From UHGV virus genome UHGV-0208715: a stretch of 38,181 nt of DNA. One strand, given 5' to 3'. The translations under genes and the position numbers were made by a program. Source of the DNA: a virus. Positions 24,957 to 34,643 of the stretch are shown here, piece by piece. A model generated the notes under the pieces. That model saw only the letters and a program-made list of their open reading frames with translations, made no database searches and was not told the DNA's origin. The first letter of the stretch is position 1. Each line of letters begins with the position of its first letter.

Positions 24957-26648
24957 GTGGATTATCAAGAAACGAACATTTTCAAATACTGGAAAAGCTT
25001 TAGGCAAAACGGCGGAAGCACAGTAGTCTCTTTAAAGATATTCAAACTATATAAAAAGCTAGTCGCTGATCTGGAAAATACAGATAGCGACTATTATTTT
25101 GATCCAAAACGTGCGAAACATCCAATTGACTTCATAGAAAAGTTTTGTCACCCATCAAAAGGGAAACAAGCGAACAAGCCTTTGAAGTTAATGCTTTGGC
25201 AAAAGGCAATGATTGAAGCGATATTTGGATTTGTGGATATCGAGGGCAATAGAAAGTATCAGCGAGTATTTCTACTCATAGGTCGTAAGAATGGTAAGTC
25301 GGCAATCGCTTCAGCAATCGGACTTTATATGATGATTGCCGATCAAGAAAACGGATCTCAAATATTAGCAACGGCTGCTAAGAAAGATCAAGCGAAAATC
25401 ATTTGGCAAGAAGCGAAATTGATGGTTAAAAAATCACCAACACTAAGAAAAATGATTAAAGCTAGAGTGGCCGACATGGTAGCCGAATTTAACGACGCTG
25501 AATTTAAACCCTTGGCTAGTGATTCGGATAGTTTGGACGGGTTAAACGCTCATTGCTCATTGATGGATGAAATTCATTCGTGGAAAGGGCGTGGCGGACG
25601 TCCACTGTATGACGTAATCGTTGATAGTATGTCTGCTCGTGAGCAACCTTTAATTTTGATTACCACAACTTCTGGTACAACTCGTGAAGACATCTTCGAT
25701 GAACTTCGTGAAGAAATGGGAGACATCATTGATGGCTGGGATAATGCTGAAGGCTATCAAGATGATCGCACAATTCCATTCATGTACGAATTAGACGATC
25801 CAGAGGAGTGGCGAGACGAAGAAATGTGGGTCAAAGCTAATCCAGGAATCGGCGTTATCAAGAAATTGCAATCATTAAAGGAAAAAGTTGACCTTGCGAA
25901 ACAAAATCCTCGTATGGTACGCAACATGCTATGTAAAGAGTTCAATATTAACGAATCTGATACGGACGCATGGTTAAGCTTCAACGATTTCAACAATGAA
26001 TCAACCTTCAATGTTCTTGAACTCAAGCCAAGGTATTTTATTGGCGGTATTGACTTGTCAGCAACCACTGACTTAACTTGTGCGACTGCAATATTTGGCA
26101 TCAAGGACGAGCCTAACAAACTTTATGTCATGCAACAGTACTTTATGCCAAGCGACTTGTTTGAAGAGCGTATGAAGGATGACAAGGTGCCATATGACAA
26201 GTGGAAAGACCAAGGAATTATCACTCTCTCTGGTGACAGTAAAGTTGATTACAAGGATGTAACAAAGTGGTTCGTAAAAATGCAAATGGAATACGATATC
26301 TACCCGTTCAAAATTGGGTATGATGCTTGGAGTTCGGCGTATCTGATTGATGAATTGAAGAATGCGTTTGGACCTTCTGTTCCTGAAGCTGTTTACCAAG
26401 GATTCAAATCTCTCTCTGCTCCTATGAAAGCATTGGGTGCTGATTTAATGAGTGACAATATCAATTACAACAATAACGGGTTGTTAAAATGGTGTATCTC
26501 TAACACGCGTGTAAAAACGGACGAGAACGCCAATATAAAACCTGTTAAGGGCAACAACCCTAGAAAGCGTATTGATGGTTTGGCAAGTCTTTTGGACGCT
26601 TATGCGACATTTGAAAGGTACATGGAAGAATACCTTGGATTGATTTAG
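24957..26648 (+). CDS. terL: Terminase large subunit (Terminase_1 family); start probably the GTG at 24957 (GAGAGGG RBS) rather than 24939
   Basis: N-terminal ATPase with Walker A LIGRKNGKS. C-terminal nuclease region. 560+ aa. Confidence 0.85.
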   Translation: MDYQETNIFKYWKSFRQNGGSTVVSLKIFKLYKKLVADLENTDSDYYFDPKRAKHPIDFIEKFCHPSKGKQANKPLKLMLWQKAMIEAIFGFVDIEGNRKYQRVFLLIGRKNGKSAIASAIGLYMMIADQENGSQILATAAKKDQAKIIWQEAKLMVKKSPTLRKMIKARVADMVAEFNDAEFKPLASDSDSLDGLNAHCSLMDEIHSWKGRGGRPLYDVIVDSMSAREQPLILITTTSGTTREDIFDELREEMGDIIDGWDNAEGYQDDRTIPFMYELDDPEEWRDEEMWVKANPGIGVIKKLQSLKEKVDLAKQNPRMVRNMLCKEFNINESDTDAWLSFNDFNNESTFNVLELKPRYFIGGIDLSATTDLTCATAIFGIKDEPNKLYVMQQYFMPSDLFEERMKDDKVPYDKWKDQGIITLSGDSKVDYKDVTKWFVKMQMEYDIYPFKIGYDAWSSAYLIDELKNAFGPSVPEAVYQGFKSLSAPMKALGADLMSDNINYNNNGLLKWCISNTRVKTDENANIKPVKGNNPRKRIDGLASLLDAYATFERYMEEYLGLI

Positions 26649-26662
26649 AAAGGGGTGAGAAA

Positions 26663-27844
26663 TTGAAATTATTTAATCGGAAAGTAAACGAAACTCCGAA
26701 AACTGTAACGAAGTTTCAAATGATTGATGAACCTAGTTCTGGATTTGTTGGATTTAGTGGGAATGTTTATGAAGCCGACATTGTGCGAAGCGCTGTGCGA
26801 CCACTTGCAAATGCAGTTGGGAAAACAGTGCCTAAACATAGGTTTGGTGACAAGATTAATCCTAACATTGCTGTATCGATGGTGCTTCAGGAACCCAACG
26901 CCATTATGAGCATGCAAATGCTGCTTGAAAAAACGATTTGGCAGTATCGGGTAAATGGGAATGCCTTTATTTATGTGGAAAAAGATGATAACGGAAAGCC
27001 CGTTGCGCTTTATCCAATCGTTTCTCACTCTTTGGAGTTATTAGTTAGCCCTAGCGGCGAGTATTTTATTAAGTTTGTTCTGCGTGATGGTAAATCCTAT
27101 ACCTTTAGATATCGGGACCTCATTCACATTAGGAATGACTTTACTTCAAACGAAATATTAGGTGATAGTCTAGCGCCGTCGCTTTTACCATTGCTTGAAG
27201 TCGTTCAAACAACCGACCAAGGGATCATAGCAGCGATTCGAAACTCAAACGTTGTTAAATGGCTGCTTAAATTCAATCAAACCTTGCGGCCTGAAGATAT
27301 CAAAGAAAATACGAAGCAGTTTGTTGAAGATTTCCTTCGGACTGATTCAGAAGGTATTGGAGCCGCTGGTGTCGATTCTAAGGCTGATGCAGTTCAGGTG
27401 CAACCTTATTCCTATGTTCCTGAAAAAGAACAGTCAGCCGCAACGAGACAGCGTATTTTAGACCTATTCAACTCCAATGATTCAATTATTCAATCTAATT
27501 TCACTGAGAACCAGTGGATTGCCTATTACGAAACACAAATCGAGCCAGTGTTGATCCAACTATCAGATGGATTTACAAAGGCTTTTTTTAGTAGGCGAGA
27601 AAGAGCATTGGGTAATTCAATTATGTTTGAATCCAACAATCTTCAATTTGCAAGTATGCAAACGAAGTTACAAATGGTTGGCTGGCTAGATCGTGGTGTG
27701 ATGACTGTGAATGAATATAGAACGATTGCATTGGGATTAGAGCCTGTCGAAGGCGGAGATATGCGCTTACTTCGAAAAGACACTGACAGAATTGGGCAAA
27801 ACAATATAAGAGAGGGGGGTGCAAATGAAGAAGATTCAGCTTAA
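26663..27844 (+). CDS. Portal protein (HK97 family)
   Basis: 393 aa, TTG start with an AAAGGGGTGAG RBS. Position between terL and the protease. Confidence 0.8.
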   Translation: MKLFNRKVNETPKTVTKFQMIDEPSSGFVGFSGNVYEADIVRSAVRPLANAVGKTVPKHRFGDKINPNIAVSMVLQEPNAIMSMQMLLEKTIWQYRVNGNAFIYVEKDDNGKPVALYPIVSHSLELLVSPSGEYFIKFVLRDGKSYTFRYRDLIHIRNDFTSNEILGDSLAPSLLPLLEVVQTTDQGIIAAIRNSNVVKWLLKFNQTLRPEDIKENTKQFVEDFLRTDSEGIGAAGVDSKADAVQVQPYSYVPEKEQSAATRQRILDLFNSNDSIIQSNFTENQWIAYYETQIEPVLIQLSDGFTKAFFSRRERALGNSIMFESNNLQFASMQTKLQMVGWLDRGVMTVNEYRTIALGLEPVEGGDMRLLRKDTDRIGQNNIREGGANEEDSA

Positions 27845-28496
27845 AGGCGATGTCGTTTCCGACAATGTGGGTAAATTGTTCGATTGGTTTGATTTAGATT
27901 CAATTTATCCGGGAAACGTCAAACGAGCATTAGAAGATGCTGGAAGTGAAGATGTAGAAATTACATTGACCACAAATGGCGGCTCTGTATTTGCCGGTCA
28001 AGAGATTTACGACATTATTAAAAACCACGAAGGCAAAACGACCGTTAAGTTAAGTGGTTTGGTAGCCAGTATCGGTACATTGATTACATGCGCATTTGAT
28101 GAAGTACTTGTAAGTCCTGTATCTACGTTTATGATCCACAATCCAACACTAGCTGATGTTAGTGGTGAGAAAAAGGATATGGAAAAAGCGGCTCAACTAT
28201 TAACTACCGTTGAAAATTCTTTGCTAGATGCTTATGTAGCAAAAACAGGACTAGACAAAGAAGGCTTGGCAGATTTAATGGCCAAAGAAACATTCATGAC
28301 CGCACAAGAAGTAATTGATTATGGATTTGCCGATGGAATGGTTAAAGATTCGGAAAGCGAGTTACTTTTAGTAGCTGGTTTCGAGAGTTTAGCCAATTCG
28401 TCATTTATCAAAAAACTACAAAATATGAAGGACAAAGAAGAACGTGATTTGGCGAACGCTAGATTTCGTTTTTTAAGTTTGAAGGAGGAATTGTGA
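27825..28496 (+). CDS. Prohead maturation protease (ClpP/S14 family)
   Basis: Serine in LSGLVASIGTLIT (GxSxG-like) and MIHNP motif. Position between portal and capsid. Confidence 0.8.
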   Translation: MKKIQLKGDVVSDNVGKLFDWFDLDSIYPGNVKRALEDAGSEDVEITLTTNGGSVFAGQEIYDIIKNHEGKTTVKLSGLVASIGTLITCAFDEVLVSPVSTFMIHNPTLADVSGEKKDMEKAAQLLTTVENSLLDAYVAKTGLDKEGLADLMAKETFMTAQEVIDYGFADGMVKDSESELLLVAGFESLANSSFIKKLQNMKDKEERDLANARFRFLSLKEEL

Positions 28497-29641
28497 TGGA
28501 TTTAGAAGCAATTAAAAAACTATTGGCTGAGGGAAAGATTGAAGAAGCCAATGCAGCGATGGATGAACTAGAAGTAAATAACAAAGTAATATTTGAAGAA
28601 CCTAAACCAGCGAAAATCGAAGACAAAGCGCTGGAAAATAAAAAACCAGAAGAGGTGGCAAATTTGAAAAAAGTTGAAGAAGTGAAAGATGTGGCTAAGT
28701 CGTCAGAAGTAGAAGTGTTTGCAAAAATTTTAATGGGGCGTGAGTTGACCGTCCAAGATAAAGTTAAATTTGAAGATGTATATAACGCAGCATACACACA
28801 TCAAGTATCAAACCAGCCTTTATTAATTCCAGAAACAGTAATGCGTGGGATTTTAGAGCAAGTGGAAAAAGAACATCCGTTTTATGGAGAAATCACAAAA
28901 TTAAATGTAACTGGTAACTTTACAATTAAACAACATACAGGTGTAAAAGCAGGGTATGCGGCATTTGTGGACGAAGGAACGCCAGCGACAGATACAGAAA
29001 ACGAATACGCTGAAATTACATTGACAGGTTTTGAACTTGCTAAACTTGTGCGTATCTCATGGAAATTAGACGCTATGTCTATCGAAGAGTTTGTACCTCA
29101 TATTCAAAACCTTATCGCTACTGAAATTGGTGATACATTAGGTTACACAATCTTTAATGGAACTGGTGTAAAACAACCTAAAGGTGTGTTGAAAGTTCTT
29201 TCTGAACAAGTAGGAACTCCACAAGTTGTTACAGCGACTGGTTCAATTGGGTATACTGATATTACGAACTTACGTTCTAAAGTAGCTTCAAAATTTGCGA
29301 ATGGCGCTAAGTTTTATGCGAAATCTACAACTGTATGGAATGATTTGGCAACAGTGGTAGATGGTAACGGTCGACCTGTGTTTATTCGCGAAATTGTAGA
29401 TGGTGGTGTAGGTACTATTTTTGGTATTCCAGTTGTGGAAGACGACGGTGTTCCAGAAGGCGAAGTTTTATTGGGAAATCCATCCGCAGGTGTTATCCAA
29501 AATACAAATGTTCCGTTTTCTATTCAAACTGAGCGCAGTGTGGTAAACCGTGAAAATATTTATCAAGGGTATACATTACTTGATTGGGCTGTAACATACA
29601 CACAAGCGTTCGCACACTTGAAAGTAACAGCGGGGGAGTAA
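28496..29641 (+). CDS. Major capsid protein (HK97 fold) with N-terminal delta/scaffold-like coiled-coil domain
   Basis: About 380 aa. K/E-rich N-terminal 110 aa, then a typical HK97 MCP core. AAGGAGG RBS. Confidence 0.85.
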   Translation: MDLEAIKKLLAEGKIEEANAAMDELEVNNKVIFEEPKPAKIEDKALENKKPEEVANLKKVEEVKDVAKSSEVEVFAKILMGRELTVQDKVKFEDVYNAAYTHQVSNQPLLIPETVMRGILEQVEKEHPFYGEITKLNVTGNFTIKQHTGVKAGYAAFVDEGTPATDTENEYAEITLTGFELAKLVRISWKLDAMSIEEFVPHIQNLIATEIGDTLGYTIFNGTGVKQPKGVLKVLSEQVGTPQVVTATGSIGYTDITNLRSKVASKFANGAKFYAKSTTVWNDLATVVDGNGRPVFIREIVDGGVGTIFGIPVVEDDGVPEGEVLLGNPSAGVIQNTNVPFSIQTERSVVNRENIYQGYTLLDWAVTYTQAFAHLKVTAGE

Positions 29642-29790
29642 TTTCCCCTACTTCGTTAGGGGTAGCCGACTTAGAAAAGCCGACTAGTGACAATACTGTT
29701 GTGGAAATCAAAGCCTATTTAGATACGGTTGGTATTTCTTACAAATCCAATGCTACTAAATCAGAATTATTGGAATTGGTAGGTGAATAG
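29584..29790 (+). CDS. Rho_N/SAP-like small ORF overlapping the capsid 3' end in the -1 frame; likely expressed as a C-terminal extension of the MCP by frameshifting rather than independently
   Basis: No convincing independent start. EIKAYLDTVGISYKSNATKSELLELVGE resembles Rho N-terminal / SAP-like motifs. Confidence 0.4.
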   Translation: MGCNIHTSVRTLESNSGGVISPTSLGVADLEKPTSDNTVVEIKAYLDTVGISYKSNATKSELLELVGE

Positions 29791-30049
29791 ATTGGAGAGT
29801 AATTTGTTAGATAACCTAAAAAAGCATATCCGATTAGAGGAGGGCATGGATGATTCTATGCTCTCTTTTTATGCTGAATCAGCAAAGCGATACGTAAAAA
29901 AGAAAATTGGCTATGAACAAGAGTATTTAGAAATTATGGTGACAACCGTCATGTTCGAACACCGACTTTCGTCTGATGATCTCAAAGAAGCGTTGATGGC
30001 TTTAGAACCTATTTTCGCTTTGGAGGTGTTGACTGATGAGCCTACTTAA
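29783..30049 (+). CDS. Head-tail connector protein (gp6-like), GTG start
   Basis: 88 aa. Conserved position after the capsid. Confidence 0.6.
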   Translation: MNRLESNLLDNLKKHIRLEEGMDDSMLSFYAESAKRYVKKKIGYEQEYLEIMVTTVMFEHRLSSDDLKEALMALEPIFALEVLTDEPT

Positions 30050-30356
30050 TGATTTACAGTGGATTGCTGAGTTACAAAAGATTGAAGAAATCGTAGATGC
30101 CAACGATAAACTAGTAGAAATCAGAACAAAAATCCGCGACTTGTATTATATCGAGATCGGAACTACGGCAGAAGAAAGATTTCTTTCACAGCAAGCCAAG
30201 ACGGACGTTGTAAAGCGCATTAAATGTCGTTGGGATAGATCTGTCGCAGAGAAAACAAATGGCGTTAAAATCGACGGTATTGCGTATAACATAGCACGCA
30301 TTTATACGTTGCCAAAGGGTAGGGAAATGGAGTTGAGTTTGACATATGTTAATTAA
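30036..30356 (+). CDS. Head-tail joining / head closure protein
   Basis: 106 aa. Synteny. Confidence 0.5.
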   Translation: MSLLNDLQWIAELQKIEEIVDANDKLVEIRTKIRDLYYIEIGTTAEERFLSQQAKTDVVKRIKCRWDRSVAEKTNGVKIDGIAYNIARIYTLPKGREMELSLTYVN

Positions 30357-30681
30357 TTTGGATGACTTAAAAACCGCCCTGAAAGCAACAAACTTGCCAG
30401 TTACACGTGATAAAGCAGTGAAAGGCACAAATTATCCATATATCATTTATTCAAATGTTAGCAAAAGTAAAAAAATGGCTTCTTCAAAAGTCCATAAACG
30501 AATGCCTTATTATCAAGTGTCATTATTTACGGCAGGTACAGAACAAGATTTGAACGTTCTGGAACATGCATTGGAAAACGCAGGTATTCTCTATGCGGAT
30601 TTTGTAGGTATCCAAGGCGATGAAAACGATGATACAATCACCAATTTTTATACTTATGTGAGGTGTGTTGAAGATGCCTAG
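30346..30681 (+). CDS. Tail-head adaptor (HK97 gp10-like)
   Basis: 111 aa. Synteny. Confidence 0.45.
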   Translation: MLINLDDLKTALKATNLPVTRDKAVKGTNYPYIIYSNVSKSKKMASSKVHKRMPYYQVSLFTAGTEQDLNVLEHALENAGILYADFVGIQGDENDDTITNFYTYVRCVEDA

Positions 30682-31042
30682 TAATAAGAATGGATTTGCT
30701 GAAATGTCTGATATATTGGGTGAATTGAGTAGGGTAGATCCTGTAAAAGTTTCTTTGGAATCATTAGAAGAAGCTGCAAATTTCTATGTCGACAAAATGT
30801 TGCCACGTATACCTAAAAGCTTAATGAAAAGAAAGCATATGCGAGACCAAATAAAAGTTGTAGTCGAGAAGGACAGAGTAAGAGTTGCTTTCGAAGATAC
30901 AGCGTACTATTGGCGATTCGCCGAGAATGGGACCACTAATCAAAGAGCACAGAATTTTGCTAGTGGGACTTACGAACAGAACAAAAATAAAATCGAAGAA
31001 ATCATGACACAAAAGATCATGGATCTTTGGGGAGGTAATTAA
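30665..31042 (+). CDS. Tail completion / terminator protein
   Basis: 125 aa. Immediately upstream of the major tail protein. Confidence 0.45.
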   Translation: MLKMPSNKNGFAEMSDILGELSRVDPVKVSLESLEEAANFYVDKMLPRIPKSLMKRKHMRDQIKVVVEKDRVRVAFEDTAYYWRFAENGTTNQRAQNFASGTYEQNKNKIEEIMTQKIMDLWGGN

Positions 31043-31043
31043 T

Positions 31044-31688
31044 TTGGGCAAAACAGATGTATTGTATTTTGAAGGCCTTGAGGATATCTTGATCGCTATG
31101 ATGTCTCCTGAGGCACAAGATGGCGTAAATAAAGCACCAGAATATGGTGGAATTGTAAGACTACCTATTGCTACAAAACTGGCTGTAAAAGGTAACGGAA
31201 CAACGTTAGAAAAATGGGCATCAAGTAAGATGTTCCGCCGTGTATCACGAGAAACAAAACACGAATTAGGATTGGACCATGTGGGAATTCCTATTGATGT
31301 CATGGATGAATTGAAAGGTTTGGTTGCTGAAAGCGGTGTAACATTTTCTAAGAATATTGCAAGAGAATATCCATTCTTTGCTTTTGGATTTATCGGCAAA
31401 ATCGAAGGCGGTGGTCGCAAAGCGGTATGGTATCCGAAAACTCAGTTATCTAATGTAATTGATGAAGAGTATGCAACCGAAGAAGACGAAACAAAGATCG
31501 ACGATGTAACGGCAAACCTAGTATCCACTGGCTTGAATTACAACAATGTAATGTATTCAAGTTTTGATTCAAATAGAACTACCGGATCTCTTGCGCTATT
31601 TGAAAAATTCATTGCACAGCCAATCTATTCTGAACAACAATGGCAAACAATTGCTGCAGATACTCCTCTAGTAGGTGGTGGCGAGTAA
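31044..31688 (+). CDS. Major tail protein, TTG start
   Basis: 214 aa. GGGGAGG RBS. Position before the chaperone and TMP. Confidence 0.7.
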   Translation: MGKTDVLYFEGLEDILIAMMSPEAQDGVNKAPEYGGIVRLPIATKLAVKGNGTTLEKWASSKMFRRVSRETKHELGLDHVGIPIDVMDELKGLVAESGVTFSKNIAREYPFFAFGFIGKIEGGGRKAVWYPKTQLSNVIDEEYATEEDETKIDDVTANLVSTGLNYNNVMYSSFDSNRTTGSLALFEKFIAQPIYSEQQWQTIAADTPLVGGGE

Positions 31689-32152
31689 TGGCTAGATTAG
31701 TTGACTACGGAATTAATATTGACGACTTAGGCAACTCTCGTGTGGTTAATATTAAAGGGCATGACTTTCCCGTTGTATTTACAATGGAAACGATGGAATA
31801 TATTGCAGATGTATATGGGGAAGACTACTCGAAATTCGAAAATGATATGAATCTTTTGATCAATAAAAGCGATGGGGAGATCAATTCTCGTAATTTGACG
31901 CCTGCTGATTTAAAAATCATGCGCTCGTTGATCTATGGAATGCTTCGGACTGGCGGTTTAGAGGAAGATCCTCAAACTATCTTCAAATTCTTAGGTATGA
32001 ACGGCGATGTCTTACAGGCTTATGGGGCATGCATGGAAATTTTTAGTAATCAGAAGTTTCAGGTTGAAGACTTAAAAAAATCGAAGAAGCCACAAGATTA
32101 TCAAACTCCTCAAAAGAAAAAAGGAAAAAACAAGAAGAAACACAAGAGATAG
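31688..32152 (+). CDS. Tail assembly chaperone (G-like); a -1 frameshift at A_AAA_AAA (32074-32080) would give a GT-like product ending at 32333
   Basis: Position before the TMP. K-rich C-terminus. The -1 frame is open from 32068 to 32333, just upstream of the TMP start. Confidence 0.6.
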   Translation: MARLVDYGINIDDLGNSRVVNIKGHDFPVVFTMETMEYIADVYGEDYSKFENDMNLLINKSDGEINSRNLTPADLKIMRSLIYGMLRTGGLEEDPQTIFKFLGMNGDVLQAYGACMEIFSNQKFQVEDLKKSKKPQDYQTPQKKKGKNKKKHKR

Positions 32153-32183
32153 GAACTCCATGGAGCTTCTATCTCTATGTTGC

Positions 32184-32220
32184 CCTCACTCTACTTAATT
32201 GGAGTGAGGAATTTTTTTTA
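32184..32220 (+). terminator. Intrinsic-terminator-like hairpin between chaperone and tape-measure genes (inside the putative GT extension)
   Basis: CCTCACTC-10nt-GAGTGAGG stem followed by AATTTTTTTT. Confidence 0.4.
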
Positions 32221-32343
32221 AAAGCAACACCTAACTTGTGGCTTAAATCTTATATCCAGTGGTTGAAAAGTAATACGGAGTTTGAACCACCGGAAACGAG
32301 AACAATGGATCAAAGCCCTTGGTGGTAGGAAAGGAGTGCTAAG

Positions 32344-34641
32344 ATGGCCGTAAGAGAGGTAGACACAGTCTTGAATTTTAAGACAAATGGAGAAGTCAAT
32401 TACTCTAAAACGATCAAGGAAATCAATCGCGAAATGAACTTAGCAGCTACTGAGTACAAAAACCAAGTGTCTGCTATGGATAAAGACGCAACAGCAACTG
32501 AAAAGCTGACTGCTGCGAAAAAGAAACTCGAAAATCAGTTATCGCTCGCTGAAAAGCGAACAGAACTTTTGCGAGAACAATATGAAAAATCAGTAGAAGA
32601 AACTGGTAAGTACTCAGCAGAATCTGAAAAACTTTATAAGAAGATGCTTGAATCCGAAACAGGGCAAAACAAATTAAAAGCCGCCTTGGATGAAACAAAT
32701 GAAGCGTTAAAAGAACAAGGTGATGTATCTATTGATACAGCCAAAAAGTTACAAAAAATCGAAGAAGCTGGCGAAAAGGTTTCAAATGTCGGTAAGAAGA
32801 TGTCCATTGGCGTTACAGCTCCGATCGTGGCAGCTGGAGCGGCAGGGCTAGCTGCATTCTCAGAAGTTGATGAAGCGTTAGATACGATCATAACCAAGAC
32901 AGGAGCAACAGGCGATGTTGCTGACAGTTTGGCAACTTCGTTTGAAAACGTTGGCTCAAATACTCACTTGGAACTACAAACAGTCGGAGAAGCAATTGGT
33001 GAAGTGAATACTCAATTTGGGTTCATGGATAAAAAGCTTGAGGACTCAACCAATTATATCCTTCAATTTGCTGAAATTAATGGCACAGACGTTTCTCAAT
33101 CCGCTATCTATGCAAGACAGGCTATCGAAGCCTATGATTTGTCATATGATGATTTGAATAAAGTATTAGACGTTACAACCAAAACGTCTCAAAATACTGG
33201 TCAAGCAGTCGACAGTCTATTTGATTCGGCTATAAAAGGTGCCCCACAAATCAAACAGTTAGGTCTAAGTTTCGGCGAGGGTGTCACATTGATGGGTCAA
33301 TTCGAACAAGCTGGTATTGACGGAAATGCAGCTCTAAGCAGTTTGTCCAAAGCAACAGTTACCTACGCTAAAGATGGAAAATCTCTTTCAGAAGGTTTAG
33401 GTGAACTTCAAAACAAAATAATGAATGCTAGTTCAGAAACAGATGCTATCAACGCAGCGGCTGAAGTTTTTGGTACCAAAGGCGGCCCAAGAATGGCAGA
33501 TGCGATTCGAAGAGGAACGTTAAACCTAGAAGACTTGGCAAAAATCGCAGATGAAAGCCAAGGAGCGGTTGGAGAAACATTTGAAGCCACGCTAGATCCA
33601 ATTGATAAGTCTAACCAAGCGATGAACAATGCGAAATTAGCTTTAGCTGACGTAGGTGAATCCGTCCAAATAAGCTTATTGCCTTTCTTTGAAATGGCGA
33701 TCGATGCTTTGAAGAGTTTTAAAGGCTGGTGGGATTCTCTGGATCAAGGTACTAAGAACTGGATTATTACGATTGCAGGGATTATAGCAGCTGTTGGTCC
33801 GGTTTTAGTGGTTTTAGGAATGCTTATGAGTTCGGTTACCAAGATTGCAACTGGAATAAGGGTTTTACAAGGTGTATGGTCTGGGATGACGGCATTACTA
33901 GCAGCAAATCCTTTTGTTCTGGTAATTGCTGGTATTGCACTGCTCATAGCAGGATTAGTTCTTGCCTACAATAAAGTGGAATGGTTTAGGAACGGTGTGA
34001 ATGCATTCTTCCAAGGTGTTTCTGATATAGCGGTAGAAGTATTTAATTTTATGGGCGGATACATTAGCAATATTTTTGGAGGAATCATACAAAATTTCCA
34101 AAACTTTTTCGATGCTGGTAAGAGAATTTTCACCGGATTTATAGATTTTATAACCGGAATATTTACAGGTGATTGGGAACGAGCTTGGAACGGCGTTGTA
34201 AACATTTTCGGTGGTATCTTTGATGGAATTGCAGCTATGGCAAAAGCACCTTTTAATGGAATGATTGGATTAATTAATGCTTTTCTAGGTGGTCTTAATA
34301 ACATTAAAATTCCGAAATGGGTTCCTGGCGTAGGTGGAAAAAGCTTTAGCATTTCTACTTTGCCTTATTTGGCAGATGGCGGGCATGTATTGAATGGACA
34401 AGCGATCGTTGGTGAAGCTGGACCAGAATTGCTTACGAACAAAAACGGTAAGACAACTGTTACTCCGTTATCAGACGAAGAAAAACGCAAAGGCATTGGC
34501 GGCAAAGTACAGCCTTCTAAAGTGGAACAACATATCCACATTGGGAATGTCGATGCAAATAACCCAAGCGAATTGAATAAAATGAACCGTAAATTTTACC
34601 GTGCAAGCAAACAAGCACTTGAAGGCGTAGGAGGTCGATAG
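32344..34641 (+). CDS. Tail tape measure protein
   Basis: 765 aa. Long N-terminal coiled coil. Gly/Ala-rich hydrophobic segments (GIIAAVGPVLVVLGMLM). Canonical position. Confidence 0.85.
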   Translation: MAVREVDTVLNFKTNGEVNYSKTIKEINREMNLAATEYKNQVSAMDKDATATEKLTAAKKKLENQLSLAEKRTELLREQYEKSVEETGKYSAESEKLYKKMLESETGQNKLKAALDETNEALKEQGDVSIDTAKKLQKIEEAGEKVSNVGKKMSIGVTAPIVAAGAAGLAAFSEVDEALDTIITKTGATGDVADSLATSFENVGSNTHLELQTVGEAIGEVNTQFGFMDKKLEDSTNYILQFAEINGTDVSQSAIYARQAIEAYDLSYDDLNKVLDVTTKTSQNTGQAVDSLFDSAIKGAPQIKQLGLSFGEGVTLMGQFEQAGIDGNAALSSLSKATVTYAKDGKSLSEGLGELQNKIMNASSETDAINAAAEVFGTKGGPRMADAIRRGTLNLEDLAKIADESQGAVGETFEATLDPIDKSNQAMNNAKLALADVGESVQISLLPFFEMAIDALKSFKGWWDSLDQGTKNWIITIAGIIAAVGPVLVVLGMLMSSVTKIATGIRVLQGVWSGMTALLAANPFVLVIAGIALLIAGLVLAYNKVEWFRNGVNAFFQGVSDIAVEVFNFMGGYISNIFGGIIQNFQNFFDAGKRIFTGFIDFITGIFTGDWERAWNGVVNIFGGIFDGIAAMAKAPFNGMIGLINAFLGGLNNIKIPKWVPGVGGKSFSISTLPYLADGGHVLNGQAIVGEAGPELLTNKNGKTTVTPLSDEEKRKGIGGKVQPSKVEQHIHIGNVDANNPSELNKMNRKFYRASKQALEGVGGR

Positions 34642-34643
34642 GA

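Noticed and set aside
31640-31688. -1 frame overlap between the major tail 3' end and the chaperone ORF (open from 31640), possibly a Tsh-L-type frameshift
   Set aside because: The chaperone has its own ATG at 31688 directly after the major-tail stop. The 48-nt upstream open stretch is short and carries no slippery heptamer. Judged coincidental.
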